From NCBI GenBank assembly GCA_036172245.1, contig JAYWIR010000030.1:1488001-1552000 (forward strand): DNA of 64,000 bases, written 5' to 3'. Within the stretch, counting starts at the first letter, position 1; the number at the start of each line of letters is the position of its first letter. The notes beneath the pieces are model-generated. The model saw only the letters and a program-made list of their open reading frames with translations. It had not been told where the DNA came from and made no database searches. The position numbers were made by a program, and so were the translations under genes. Positions 13,619-26,400 of this stretch are shown in pieces. Source of the stretch: Raillietiella orientalis. Lineage: Eukaryota.

Positions 13619-15720
13619 CACCCGGTCACGCCGGATGGGTTTATTCGATATACATTATACAAAATGAACCAGTTGGGAACCAGATTCCCAACCGACAACA
13701 GGACAACTATCACGAGAAATTCCTCAGGCACGCAGGCCGGTATTACAACGTTCTGAACGATGTGAGGGATCGGGGAAAACAAACAAAAAAGCAAAAGAAA
13801 AACATAACGTCGGGTGGGAGAGGACAAGGGTCCTTGCGATCGCTCCGGAAGGCACCGGGGTAGAAACCCTAGCACCGAAAATTCAACGGAGCAAGCAGGG
13901 TAACATATGGGTGGACGAGAGGTCACAGGGGTCACTGGAGTACACCGTTCTTAAATGTTTGTGTACCGGCGATGGATGCCGGCGATATTCTCCTTCACCT
14001 CGTCACGAAGGTGAGATCACCTTGCGGCCTTCTCCATGGATTCAGCTGCAAGCAGGTGGGCTGTCCCTTCGCTGCACTGACAACTTCAGGGCGTAGCGGG
14101 TATCGACGATGGCGTGAATGCAACACATGGTTGCGACAATCACGCCTACCGAAAGTCCGCTGCTACTGAAGAAGCGTCGCAGCACGTCCATAGCCGTGCC
14201 TCCTTGCGGCATGATGGCTGAAATCAGCCTTCACCACAGCCTCGCCTGCGGTGATCTCCGTGAAATCACGGAGATCACCGCAGTCTAGCAAGAGGTGCAG
14301 CAAAGACTCGATCTCTCCGCAGCTCAAACAGTTTGGCGAGACAGCTCCCCGGAAACGATGCTTCGCCGCTGATTACAATGGAGACCCCAGTGTAAAAACA
14401 GCAGCACATCTTGTTTCCATTTCAAGGGGAACACGGAGCTGTCTAAACAAAGAGGAGGGGGAACCACGGGAGGAACCACTGTCTCTTCGGGGGACACACT
14501 TCAATGTCAATGTTCTCAATGTTCGCTCCACCGAAGCAGGCCCTTTGCCCGATTCCGAGGAGTGTCGGCTTGTACCAGCTCGTTTGTCGTCCAGCCGCCA
14601 AGGAGCTTAGACACTCCTGCTATTGTGCAGGAGAACTCCCATTCCGCCGGTCGGCAACTGTGATTGTTTGCCCTGAAGGCAGACAGCGCTGCGGCGAGGG
14701 GAGTGGAGGTCAGACGATCCGACTCCTTGTCCTGCATGACTTCGTCCAGGGGATGACTCAAGAGAAGTCTCAGGCGTCGAAGATCTTCCGACCGCATTCC
14801 TTCGGAAGCGGCCCACGATGCAAAAGATTCCTGCCGTCATGCATTAATGTTCATGGAGCGGCAGGAAATCCAACTTTGGGCTTCCAGCAGCGAGGACAGC
14901 TGCCTCAGCGGGAAGCCAAACCCTTTCCTGGTGTGCCGAAAGTGGGGCAGCAACGAAAGAAGTCCTTCGCTGTCCGTGCAGCGCCAAAGTAGAAGGCGCG
15001 CAGGTAAGCGCCACGGCGTACACCAGAGCTTGGAACAGAGCCGCAGCATACGAAACTGCGCCTGCAGCCCGATGCTGTTCATGTCGAGGATGCCTAAGCC
15101 AGCATCCTGATGCGGCGCCACTAAGTCTTTAAGTCTGATCTGGGGCCTTGCAGAGCCCAACAACGTTTTGCGTAAAAGGCGTTGCGCCCGCATCTTGACT
15201 TTCTGGGGGGGAGGGGAAACAAAAAACGGGGGACGGAGGAGGTGCCCCATATGCTGACCCGTTCCGGAAAGACGATCTCGCCGCCGAGGAATGGACCAAG
15301 AGCACTCTCTGCCTTCCGAAGACAGTCTGAACACGTTTCTGCAACGCAGAAGTCGCCCAACGGCACGCCAAGGTACTTGAAGCGCCTGCCCGTGGGGATC
15401 CCCAAGTGGATCCAGTCGGACTGCCCCTCCCACGTCGCTCCCACCGGGGTGACCATGAACTTGCTCCTGTTGACGCTCACGCCCGCTCCGCGACGGATCA
15501 ACTCAAAGAAATGTTCAGGCGACGCCGCCGGGGTGGACATGGGCAACAGGAGAAGCAGGTCGTCGGCATAGGCTGCCACGGCTGGCGTGCCTGGACAGGA
15601 GCTCGGCAGATTGGCGAGGTACAGCTTGTAAGCCTCCAGCACCAACTGAAAGTAGATGCTGAAGAGCAACGGGCTTAAGCTACCGCCCTGCCTGATGCTC
15701 CGTCGTACCGGCACGTACAG
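13619..15720 (-). mobile_element. Non-LTR element, RT domain to 3' end, decayed
   Basis: IRQGGSLSPLLF, AYADDL, FKYLGVP and GLGILD motifs (ORFs 15121-15714 and 14837-15433). Terminal motif at 13619-13645. Confidence 0.9.
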
Positions 15721-15751
15721 TCACCAAAAGCAATGGATCTTATTGCGTTTT

Positions 15752-17824
15752 CACCCGATCAAGCCGGGGCGTTTATTAAAAACCTCTGTATTTGCGGTAC
15801 AAGGCCCCGCTGCGGCCAATAGCACTAGGGAACTGCAGGGTGGTCGGTGCGCAGACCGACTTGATACTCCACGTCAGCGGAGGGGGATAGGGAAAAACAA
15901 AAATAAAAATAAAAGAAAACTGAAAAAAGAAAAAACCATAGCTCTTTGGAGGGTCGTGAAGGGATCACTGTCCGCTTTGGAGAGTTTCCATCCTTTGCAG
16001 GATGCCGACGAGGTCCTTCTGCATATTTCCCAGGTGGGGCCATCTGGTCGCAATCCGCAGGAAGCGAACTGCAAATTCGATGGCGTCCTTTTTGTTGTTT
16101 CCTCCGTTGGCGTCGCTCCATGCTGCCACAATCCCTCGGACTCAGCAAAGTGCTTCCAGGGCTGCGGCTGGTCGCAGAGCGTCCCTCACGATGAGAAGCT
16201 GAAACACGTCCCTGCGGGGACTGCCAACCGGGATTCGTAGGGTCCTTGAAAAACGTTCCCAAAGGGACCGGAGGGCAACACAGTCCACAAGCAGGTGAGG
16301 GAGGAATTTCCTTTCCCAGCACCTGGCACAGTTCGGGTTGACCCTCCCCAACGTCCAGTGGTGGCGGCGCGCGTTGCAGGGGAGACCCCAGTGCAACACC
16401 ATAAGCGCCGACTCCTGCCATTTCAGGGGGACGGTGCTTGAGTCTTTCAACACTGGGAGCCACTTCAGGTCATCCGTCGGGATGCCAAGCAGCTCTCCCT
16501 ATCTCCGTAGTCCTCGCGGAAGGACACTTGGGATCGTGGCTTCCGCCAGCTGTCTCATGGTTCAACCGCTCATCAACTTTTCGCTGCCTCCGATCCTGCA
16601 GGATACCTGCCACCTCGGCGTACGGCGGCTGTCAATTGCTTTCCTTAGGAAGAACATTGATGTGGCGAGGAGGCTCGTCTCCGCCACGTGCTCTTGGCGG
16701 GACACTCCAGTATCTTCCGCAGCGGGCAGCGGGCGTAGGTTTCAAATCGCAGGCAGTTCCATGATTCACTTCTGGACTGGTTAATCTTCGCCCACGTGCC
16801 AACTGTTTCCTCTAGCCAAGCGCTAGAGTTGGCGGGGCTGCACACCATCCAGCTGTTCTCCTTCGCCAGTGTGGCTATGCGTCTGAGAAGGAGGCCTCAT
16901 CTTATCTTCAGGCCGAGGCACAAAACAAGCCCTTCCGTTCTGGATACACGGCGGGCGAGGAGGTGGGCCGGAACGCACCAAGGGGTGCTCCAGTACTTCG
17001 CTGCGATGGCCATGGCTCGGCATCGCAGCTGAATCTCCAGTCGCTCCAGCGTCAGGAGGCCAAGACCACCATTCCGACGCGGAGCGCACAAGTCCATCAA
17101 TGGGATTCGGAACCTCCCGTTGCCCCACAGGGCGATGGGAGGCCCTTGTTCGTTTTTTCAACTGGGAGGGGGGGACGGGGCAAACAAAAAGCAGGAGGCG
17201 GGGGATGGAAGCCGCGAACGCGTTTCAAACCGCAGCCTGTTCCGGCAAATGAAACTTGCCTTCCAGGAACGGGCTGATCGCCAACTTTACTTTTTGGAGA
17301 CGACCTGACCAGGCTTCCGTGAGATAGAAGTTCCCTAAGGGATCTCCAAGGTACTTTAAGTACCTGCCCGTGGGGATCCCCAAGCGGATCCAGTCAGACC
17401 TTCCAGCCCACGTCGCACCAACCGCCACCACCGACGACTTTGCCCTGCTCACCTGGAGTCCTGTCCCGCCGCTCAACAGCTCGAAAAAATTCTCAAGTGC
17501 GGATGCCGGGGAGGACATGGGCAGCAGGAGCAGAAGATCGTCGGCATACGCCGACACGGCAGGCGTGCCGGGACACGAGCTCGGCAAGGAGACCATGGTC
17601 TCACTGTAAGCTCTCAGCACCAATTCAAAATAGGTACTAAAGAGCAGGGGACTCAGGCTATCACCCTGCCTAATGTTCTCTCGCACCGGCACTCCGTACA
17701 CGTTTTGACATCTGAAAAAAACGCTGATTATCGCGTTGCGCCAGCAAGAGCGCAGGTAGGCCGTTAAGGCGGCCGGGAAGCTCATGCGATCCAGGAGCTC
17801 CAGAGAAGCTCCTGATCTAAACAT
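15752..17824 (-). mobile_element. Non-LTR element, RT domain to 3' end, decayed
   Basis: IRQGDSLSPLLF, AYADDL, LKYLGDP, NGGLGL and CARCWERKFLPHLLVDC motifs. Terminal motif at 15752-15777. Confidence 0.9.
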
Positions 17825-19579
17825 TCAAACGTTTTATGCAGATCGACTGCGATCGCTAAGGTCCCCTTCCCCTCACGGTTGTCCTTTCCTTGCCCAGCTG
17901 ACGAGGTTCAAAGAATTCGAATCGAGGTTGCCGACAATTCGCTTCTTCCCTTTTTCTTCGCATTGCACAAGGAACCATGTTCAGGCGAAGAACAGATTCG
18001 CGTCCATGCTTCGTTCGGGAACACAAGTCTGCTCGGGGCACACGGGGAGGCACTGCTGTCTGAAAGATCATCCCGAAAGACCGGGAGATGCTGGAAAGAT
18101 CCAACATCTTCCGGTCTCTGTGGAGACTTGGTTTTTCTGCTGGGTGATCTGCAAGCCTTCTAGATTGACAACTTATTAATTCTATTAATAAAATGTATGC
18201 TCCAATAGTGTGCCAATTCCAATAGTGTGCTCCAATAATATTGCTGTTAATAATATGTATGTTAATAAATATGGATAACTATGTGTATCAAAATAAATTT
18301 GTATATAAATCTATGTAGAGTAAGCGACCGTGCTCATCTCTTTGGATCTTTCGGAATTTCGGCGTTGGGGGTTTTGAATCAAAACCCAGATTTCTCTGGT
18401 GTTCCCTTTGCAGGAAACCAATAAGCAAAACCAACCACCAGCTGAAAACGTTCCAAGGTAAAGAGCCAGGTTTCTCGTCAGCAGTCAGCAGTCTTATCCA
18501 TGTACACCGTCTCATCCTCCTGGAGTAGTCTTCAAGAAAGAACAGCTAAGAGAAGGAAATCTCCATTTTTTTTACGCTATCTGCTGCTTGCATAGGATGG
18601 GCGGACACCCTCAGCCTCAATCCTGTAGGGAGCTTAGAGAGGTAGACTTTGGGAAGGACCACTTCCACCTTTGAGAATGAGCTGAACTCCTTTTCATAAA
18701 CGACCATTGGAAGGCGGAACCTTGCTGATGGTAACAAATGCAAAATGAGATACCTCGTGCTTGAACAGACCGCAGGATCAAGTGGGATACAGACCAAGAT
18801 CATCCACCAAGATGGAGGATGACGGCGCACGGCTAGAAAAGAAATACCTTTGAATGGCTGCAAACCCAGTTTGGTGGCAGCTTTTCTATATAAAACATTC
18901 GAAGCGAAAGGATTGGGACGGTGGGCAACCTGGGTCTCTGCCTGTGACCTAACTAGTAGTCCGCGAAAGTAAGACGCTTTGCACCCTGGTGGCTAGAAAC
19001 TTCGTACAACCACAAAGAACCTTCAAAGATGTTCTTCAGATGTACGGGGGAATGCCATGTGCTGAGTCTGCAAATGACAGTACTTAGAGACCAAAGATCG
19101 CGAAGATTTGGAGGAGATCGTTTGCAGAACCTTAGGCGCCCTGAACCCAGTAACTCCTCTCTCCTCCAGGGACACTTCGACTGCTGAGATAATAAATCTT
19201 TCCATCCCTCTAGGTAAAGGACTTTTGTATGGGAGTCAATGTGTGTTATAAATAACGTCCAGGTGTTACCTGGTATGAATGCAAGTGTGAGAGAGTTCTT
19301 GCAGATAACGTCGAATTTCCCCATATGTGTGAAGGCTTCCCTTCGAGTTCTCCCCGAATTGCGGCCATCTCATGCTGGCAGACAACGGAGTTTCCAGCTG
19401 CAGAAGCGAGCGCATCCTACCAATGCACTCCTTAAACCTAAGTCTTCCCGTGAACCATCTTGCGGAGATACCCGAAACTCATCATGTATCCAACTCAGAG
19501 CCGTCGATTCTTTATGGGTATTCAAACCTGCTACTGGCAGCGACCGCCCACCCAGGCAGAGGACGCTGCTGTCTTACTT

Positions 19580-19904
19580 CTCTCGAAAAAGTCTTCTGGG
19601 AGTCTTCTGGGGAGGCACCGTGGAACCAGAGTGCTTCAACGATGAGCTCCCGTTCCTGGCGCAGTCTGCCGCGTTCCAGCAGCAACAGCAGGACGTGCAG
19701 GGTGTCTCCGCTGTCTCTCAGCGGGGACGTTTCTCGGGCACTCTCATCGCTGAGACGTGGTGGCGTTCCTCGTTCCGGGAGAGCGGCCAGTGCACCAAGA
19801 AGATGGCAATCTGCTGATACCGGAAAGCGAGGACGCAGGCGCCCACTAGGAAGCACGGGATCTCGAATTTCTCCCTGGGAATCCTCAGAGATTCCATCCA
19901 TCTT
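19580..19904 (-). repeat. Dispersed repeat; partner of 4355-4670
   Basis: Direct reverse-complement similarity with scattered substitutions and small indels. Confidence 0.9.
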
Positions 19905-20110
19905 CATGTACCCCGGGGTGACGGGCAAAAGCGGGTTCACTTAGACAAGTCGTTGGGCTCTTGTCATCTGGTTGCGCCAAGGAGTTTATAGTCAACAATA
20001 AGCATAGGGGAAAGCAGTGACCTCCAGGTCCTACACTTTGATCTTAGCTAAAAGGCCGAGGAGCGATACTTACCTGGCTTCGAGGTGATCTTAATCACTT
20101 CCAGGTCCTA

Positions 20111-21288
20111 GTAGCCAACGACCATAGTCATCCCCGCGGACTGGACTACCTGACTCCAGGAGTCCGTTTCCGCGTGAGCAAAAATCAACGGCTTCAGCGA
20201 GGTGGACTTCTCCTGCCTCCGTCGAGGCAGGAACGCTGGCCAGCCCCTGCGAGAGATCGTTTCTCAACCCACAAAAGCTTTTGTGGGCTTCAATCACCCC
20301 CTTGCCCCCGTGCTGCCCTCCCTCAGAGAAGCCAGGGACAGCCAAGAGGAGGCATCGTATGAAGTGTCCTGCCTCATCGGAGGCAGGAAAAAACTGATCA
20401 AGGCGTGGACGTCCCAAAAACTAGCGGACGCTACAACTCCGAGTGTCCCGCCAAATGGACTTGTTCGCTGGGGAGAGCTGCTCCGCATGCCTCCGGAGGA
20501 GGTGAACTGGCCCCCAGCGTCTTGGGACAACGGCACCTTCCCCCTAGAGTGGCAGGAGACGGCTCTGCTAGTGCTCCATTGGGGATTCCTTTGCAGAGCA
20601 CGCCTCTTCCACTGGACTTTAGGGAGTGTGGATGCCCACTGTGCAGGGTGAGGGGGAAGGGAGACCCTCCCCTACTTCATAATCGAGTGTGTTGCCCTCC
20701 ACCAGATGTGGGATCGACTCTCGTCGATCCTAAACATTTCGCTGGGAATTGAAAAACCCGAAAGACATTTTTCGACGCCTCCTGATGCGGGACGCCATGC
20801 CAGCCGCCGCCGGGTGTGTAGCAGTGCTCCGTTGTATACGCGGAATTTTGGATTAGTGGACCGCAACAAGGAGAGGACGGAGAAGTCGGAATGCCATCCA
20901 CTGGTCAGCCATTCCTTTGGAGAAGGCTTCCCGTTGGCGCCGACTAAGAAAACTTCTGCCGGCACTTGTTCGCATCCAAACCCGGATGCAGAGGCCTCCC
21001 CACGGCGTACCGTGATCCCTTTCCTTCCCTCCCCTTCCAAAAAACATTGCCCCCCAGGCGTTTTTTTTTTTTTTTTTCCCCGCCCCTGCGCCAATGGAGA
21101 GGACCTTACCTGCCTCAGGTTCGGTAAGGACATGTGCTTCAAGATCTCCAGAACTCTGTCTTGAAACAAAAAAACAAAGAAACAAACAAACAAAAAACTA
21201 TAATGATTTTGTAAAGACGGACTTTATTATGGGATTTTTTATTTATAAAAATTTTGATAATAAAAGCCCCGGCTTACCCGGGTGAAAA
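20111..21288 (+). mobile_element. 5'-truncated non-LTR element flanked by a 39-bp direct repeat
   Basis: WGELLRMPPEEVNWP and LLVLHWG motifs. It ends AATAAAAGCCCCGGCTTACCCGGGTG-AAAA. Direct repeats lie at 20072-20110 and 21289-21327. Confidence 0.85.
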
Positions 21289-23464
21289 ACCTGGTTTCGA
21301 GGTGATCTTTATCACATCCAGGTCCTACCACGTCCAAATTAACTCGAAAACCTGCCCACATGCCTGTATGTACATTCCTCAGCAAGAAGAAGGAAACGAG
21401 CAAAGAGGACAACAAAATGAAAGTAAATAAATATGAATTGACAAAGGGTTAGGGAAGGGATGTCGGCAAGTTCCTCCTTGACGCATTCCAAATGAAATGA
21501 TCTTTTCGTAATCTTCAAAAAGCAAATGGCGAGATAAGTGTCGTCTTTATCGTGCTGGCCTCTTTGGGAGCCGCTCCAATCTGCCACAACCCACAAGTAC
21601 GTGATGAAAACCTTCCTCTATCCACCTGCTACAGCTTTGGTTCGCACTCCACCTGATCCAGTGATGCTGGCAGGCATCGCATACTCTACACAGTGCAACA
21701 TAAGAAGCAATGAACTCTGCCACTTGAGGAGGAAACCAGACTCTGTCCATGAACACCGAGGGCAGCGCCAGATATCCCGGAAGAGTCTCAAGATGATTAT
21801 TAGTCCAGCAGATGCGTCGTTCTGGTGGAAACGGGCTATGCCGCAGTATGACTCAGAGAGACGGTCTTAAGAAGCGGAGTTGAGGGATGGAGATTATCGG
21901 GAGGAAAGGGCGATCGAAGAGTGTTATTGAGTCTGGAGATTCTCCCCACGATGCAGAGCAGCATTGAGCCAGATTCGCCTTCAACCGCTGTCTGAAAAAG
22001 CGCAACTCCACCGTTCTTCACAGAAGAACAGTCACCTTAACGGCTGCAAGGCTAAATTGACAAATTTCCAGCGCTACGCGACCCAAAATGAGACCTCTTA
22101 CCCCTTGCACGCAAGCACAAGATTGCGACCACAGCAGCAAGAGAGTGAGGCCGTATGAGCAGAAAAATCTTCACAGCAGTTCTTGGGCACTATCTTACGG
22201 ATGGAAGAAAGCAATAGAAAGGCACTCCTTCAAAGCACACCTAAGGTTAAGTGGAAAGGAAGGAAAGACTTCTCATCCTACGCACAGAAACGAAACAAAG
22301 TCTCATGCCGCCTATGGCATCGCTCTGGAAAATCCAGTGCAAGAAAAACGACGCGTCGTACGTAAGAGCGGAATGCCCTTGAAGATAGAGAAGGAGCCAA
22401 AGGATTCTGCAAAGACGAAGAAGCGCAATGATTCCACTTGAGCAGAGTTGAAGAAACAGCCTTGACGTGCGAACTCCAGAGACTCCTAAGAAAACGACGA
22501 CGCTATGAAGCTGTGCAACGCCGCCACTACCAACCATCGAAATGCATGGGAACCTTTCGGGATACCACTAAGAGCATCGCTCAAATGGGAGCGCGAGACA
22601 AAACAAGAGCGGACGAGCGCTCAAGTGGTGGAAAATTCGCTGTGGGTTGTCGCGTCAAATCAGCGAAACGCCTCAGACAACTGTTCCTACGTTACATGGC
22701 GTGAAAAAAAGGAACGAAGATGGGTCTGAAACGATCATCCATGAAGGTCCTTCCCTTGAAAAAATACACTTCAGGAGTAAAGAGCCGCCCGAGAAAGAAT
22801 CTAGAAGACCCTCAATGCAAGCAAAAATTCCATTCGTGGAGCTGCAAGAATAAAAAAATAAATAAACAAATACAAAGTGGCGAGAACAAATTGTAGCCTC
22901 ACTTTCAAGTCACGATAAAACAAAGGACCCCAAAGTCAGATCGGAGCAGAAGATGCTTACAAAAAGAGAAACCCGAAACCATGAAGCACCAAAAATGACG
23001 TCGAGCATCAAAAGATACAGCCACGGAAGAAAGACAAATCCTGCAACGACATAGCCACTCCAAGAAAAATCCCAACACAAATGTCCCCAAAAGCAACATA
23101 AGAGAGAAGACAAACACAAGGGAAAAGTATCTACAAAGCAAATCAAAAATACCAAGATAATTAGAATTTAAATAAATTCAGAAAACACAGACATGAATGA
23201 CCACATTAAAAATGACACACACAAAAAAATGAAACCATTCTAATTACAAAGAAGGAGAACTTCCGAATAAAAAAGCATCAAAGGAACAAATACAGCGTAT
23301 ATGGCAGAAATGATTAACTTCACACGAGAACAGGTAAAAAAAAACAACCGCACATTGCAGCTCACTATTTTTTATTTTTCTTACTAAAACCTACAAATTC
23401 AGGTTATAAATAGATACCACTGATTAAGACAAAACAGTCAATACATAAACAAACCGCACAGATC

Positions 23465-26400
23465 TTACATAAACTGGGAACGCCGTGCAGTCGGAACCGT
23501 CAAACCAATTTCCTCGGATAAACCTGGTGTACCCAATGGGCCAGACGCAGGGGTGACAACAGTTCCATCAGAGGGAGCAGCAGTATCAGTAGCCAAAGTT
23601 GTATAGATCATAACACTTGACAACGAAAAACCGATCGTGGAATCAGTAACAACTGTAGAAGACATACCACGTGACGTAGAAACACTACTTCCAGTTGAGC
23701 TACCCGGAGAAGTACTTCCCCCAAAGCCAATGGTAGAACCATCAGATGAGAGAGAAGGTACACTTCCAGAGGACACTCCAGAAGATCCCACTACCGTTTC
23801 CGTTCCTGCGGAGCTTTCTGAGGTTGACGATAATGCAGTAGCGGAAAGCGTGCTGCCAGTGGACGCAGAGGAGGCAGGGGTCTTTCCCGACGAAGACACT
23901 GCGGAAGTGTCGGTCGTGCCAGAAGAGACCGATGAAGATGAAGATGGAGCCGTTGCAGTTCCTGTGATGATTTCTGGCGTCGGAGTTGATGTAGTCGAGG
24001 AAAGGGTTCTTCCTGTGGATACTGAGGAACCAGTCGTTATTCCGGACGATGGTACTGCCGAAGTGTCAGTAGTGCCTGAACTGATTGTGACAGATGAAGA
24101 AGAAACCGTTCCCTTTTCTGCGCTAGATCCGGATGTCGAGGATAATGGAGTCGTAGTAGAGATGCTTCCTGGGGATACTGAAGTGCCAGAGGATCCCGAG
24201 CTCGATGAAGTATCGCCAGTGCCGGGAGTGACCGTGGAAACCGGAGATGAGCCGGTTGCCGTTCCTGCGCTGGGTGTTGATGTCGATGATGATGGAGTCG
24301 GGGAGGAGGTGCTTCCTGGGGATGCTGAAGTGGCAGGGGATCCTGAACTCGATGTTGCCGATGAGGTGTCGCCAGTGCCGGGAGTGACCGTGGAAACCGG
24401 AGATGAGCCGGTTGCCGTTCCTGCGCTGGGTGTTGATGTCGATGATGATGGAGTCGGGGAGGAGGTGCTTCCTGGGGATGCTGAAGTGGCAGGGGATCCT
24501 GAACTCGATGTTGCCGATGAGGTGTCGCCAGTACCAGGAGTGACCGTGGAAACCGGAGATGAGCCGGTTGCCGTTCCTGCGCTGGGTGTTGATGTCGATG
24601 ATGATGGAGTCGGGGAGGAGGTGCTTCCTGGGGATGCTGAAGTGGCAGGGGATCCTGAACTCGATGTTGCCGATGAGGTGTCGCCAGTACCAGGAGTGAC
24701 CGTGGAAACCGGAGATGAGCCGGTTGCCGTTCCTGCGCTGGGTGTTGATGTCGATGATGATGGAGTCGGGGAGGAGGTGCTTCCTGGGGATGCTGAAGTG
24801 GCAGGGGATCCTGAACTCGATGTTGCCGATGAGGTGTCGCCAGTACCAGGAGTGACCGTGGAAACCGGAGATGAGCCGGTTGCCGTTCCTGCGCTGGGTG
24901 TTGATGTCGATGATGATGGAGTCGGGGAGGAGGTGCTTCCTGGGGATGCTGAAGTGGCAGGGGATCCTGAACTCGATGTTGCCGATGAGGTGTCGCCAGT
25001 ACCAGGAGTGACCGTGGAAACCGGAGATGAGCCGGTTGCCGTTCCTGCGCTGGGTGTTGATGTCGATGATGATGGAGTCGGGGATGATGTGCTTCCTGGG
25101 GATGCTGAAGTGGCAGGGGATCCTGAACTCGATGTTGCCGATGAGGTGTCGCCAGTACCAGGAGTGACCGTGGAAACCGGAGATGAGCCGGTTGCCGTTC
25201 CTGCGCTGGGTGTTGATGTCGATGATGATGGAGTCGGGGAGGAGGTGCTTCCTGGGGATGCTGAAGTGGCAGGGGATCCTGAACTCGATGTTGCCGATGA
25301 GGTGTCGCCAGTACCAGGAGTGACCGTGGAAACCGGAGATGAGCCGGTTGCCGTTCCTGCGCTGGGTGTTGATGTCGATGATGATGGAGTCGGGGAGGAG
25401 GTGCTTCCTGGGGATGCTGAAGTGGCAGGGGATCCTGAACTCGATGTTGCCGATGAGGTGTCGCCAGTACCAGGAGTGACCGTGGAAACCGGAGATGAGC
25501 CGGTTGCCGTTCCTGCGCTGGGTGTTGATGTCGATGATGATGGAGTCGGGGAGGAGGTGCTTCCTGGGGATGCTGAAGTGGCAGGGGATCCTGAACTCGA
25601 TGTTGCCGATGAGGTGTCGCCAGTACCAGGAGTGACCGTGGAAACCGGAGATGAGCCGGTTGCCGTTCCTGCGCTGGGTGTTGATGTCGATGATGATGGA
25701 GTCGGGGAGGAGGTGCTTCCTGGGGATGCTGAAGTGGCAGGGGATCCTGAACTCGATGTTGCCGATGAGGTGTCGCCAGTACCAGGAGTGACCGTGGAAA
25801 CCGGAGATGAGCCGGTTGCCGTTCCTGCGCTGGGTGTTGATGTCGATGATGATGGAGTCGGGGAGGAGGTGCTTCCTGGGGATGCTGAAGTGGCAGGGGA
25901 TCCTGAACTCGATGTTGCCGATGAGGTGTCGCCAGTACCAGGAGTGACCGTGGAAATCGGAGATGAGCCGGTTGCCGTTCCTGCGCTGGGTGTTGATGTC
26001 GATGATGATGTAGTCGGGGAGGAGGTGCTTCCTGGGGATGCGGAAGTGGCAGGGGATCCTGAACTCGATGTTGCCGATGAGGTGTCGCCAGTACCAGGAG
26101 TGACCGTGGAAACCGGAGATGAGCCGGTTGCCGTTCCTGCGCTGGGTGTTGATGTCGATGATGATGGAGTCGGGGAGGAGGTGCTTCCTGGGGATGCTGA
26201 AGTGGCAGGGGATCCTGAACTCGATGTTGCAGATGAGCTGTCGCCAGTACCGGGAGTGACCGTGGAAACCGGAGATGAGCCGGTTGCCGTTCCTGCGCTG
26301 GGTGTTGATGTCAATGATGATGGAGTCGGGGAGGAGGTGCTTCCCGGGGATGCTGAAGTGGCAGGGGATCCTGAACTCGATGTTGCCGATGAGGTGTCGC

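Noticed and set aside
12306..13756. Long overlapping ORFs (341, 338 and 286 aa) as host genes
   Set aside because: GC-rich decayed retroelement sequence. The recognisable motifs belong to LINE ORF2 fragments in shifting frames.
20066..20110. ATACTTACCTGGC, identical to the U1 snRNA 5' end (would suggest a U1-targeting Tx1 element)
   Set aside because: No U1 loop I (GATCACGAAGG), loop II or Sm site follows on either side of the insertion. It is equally the reverse complement of a consensus splice donor.
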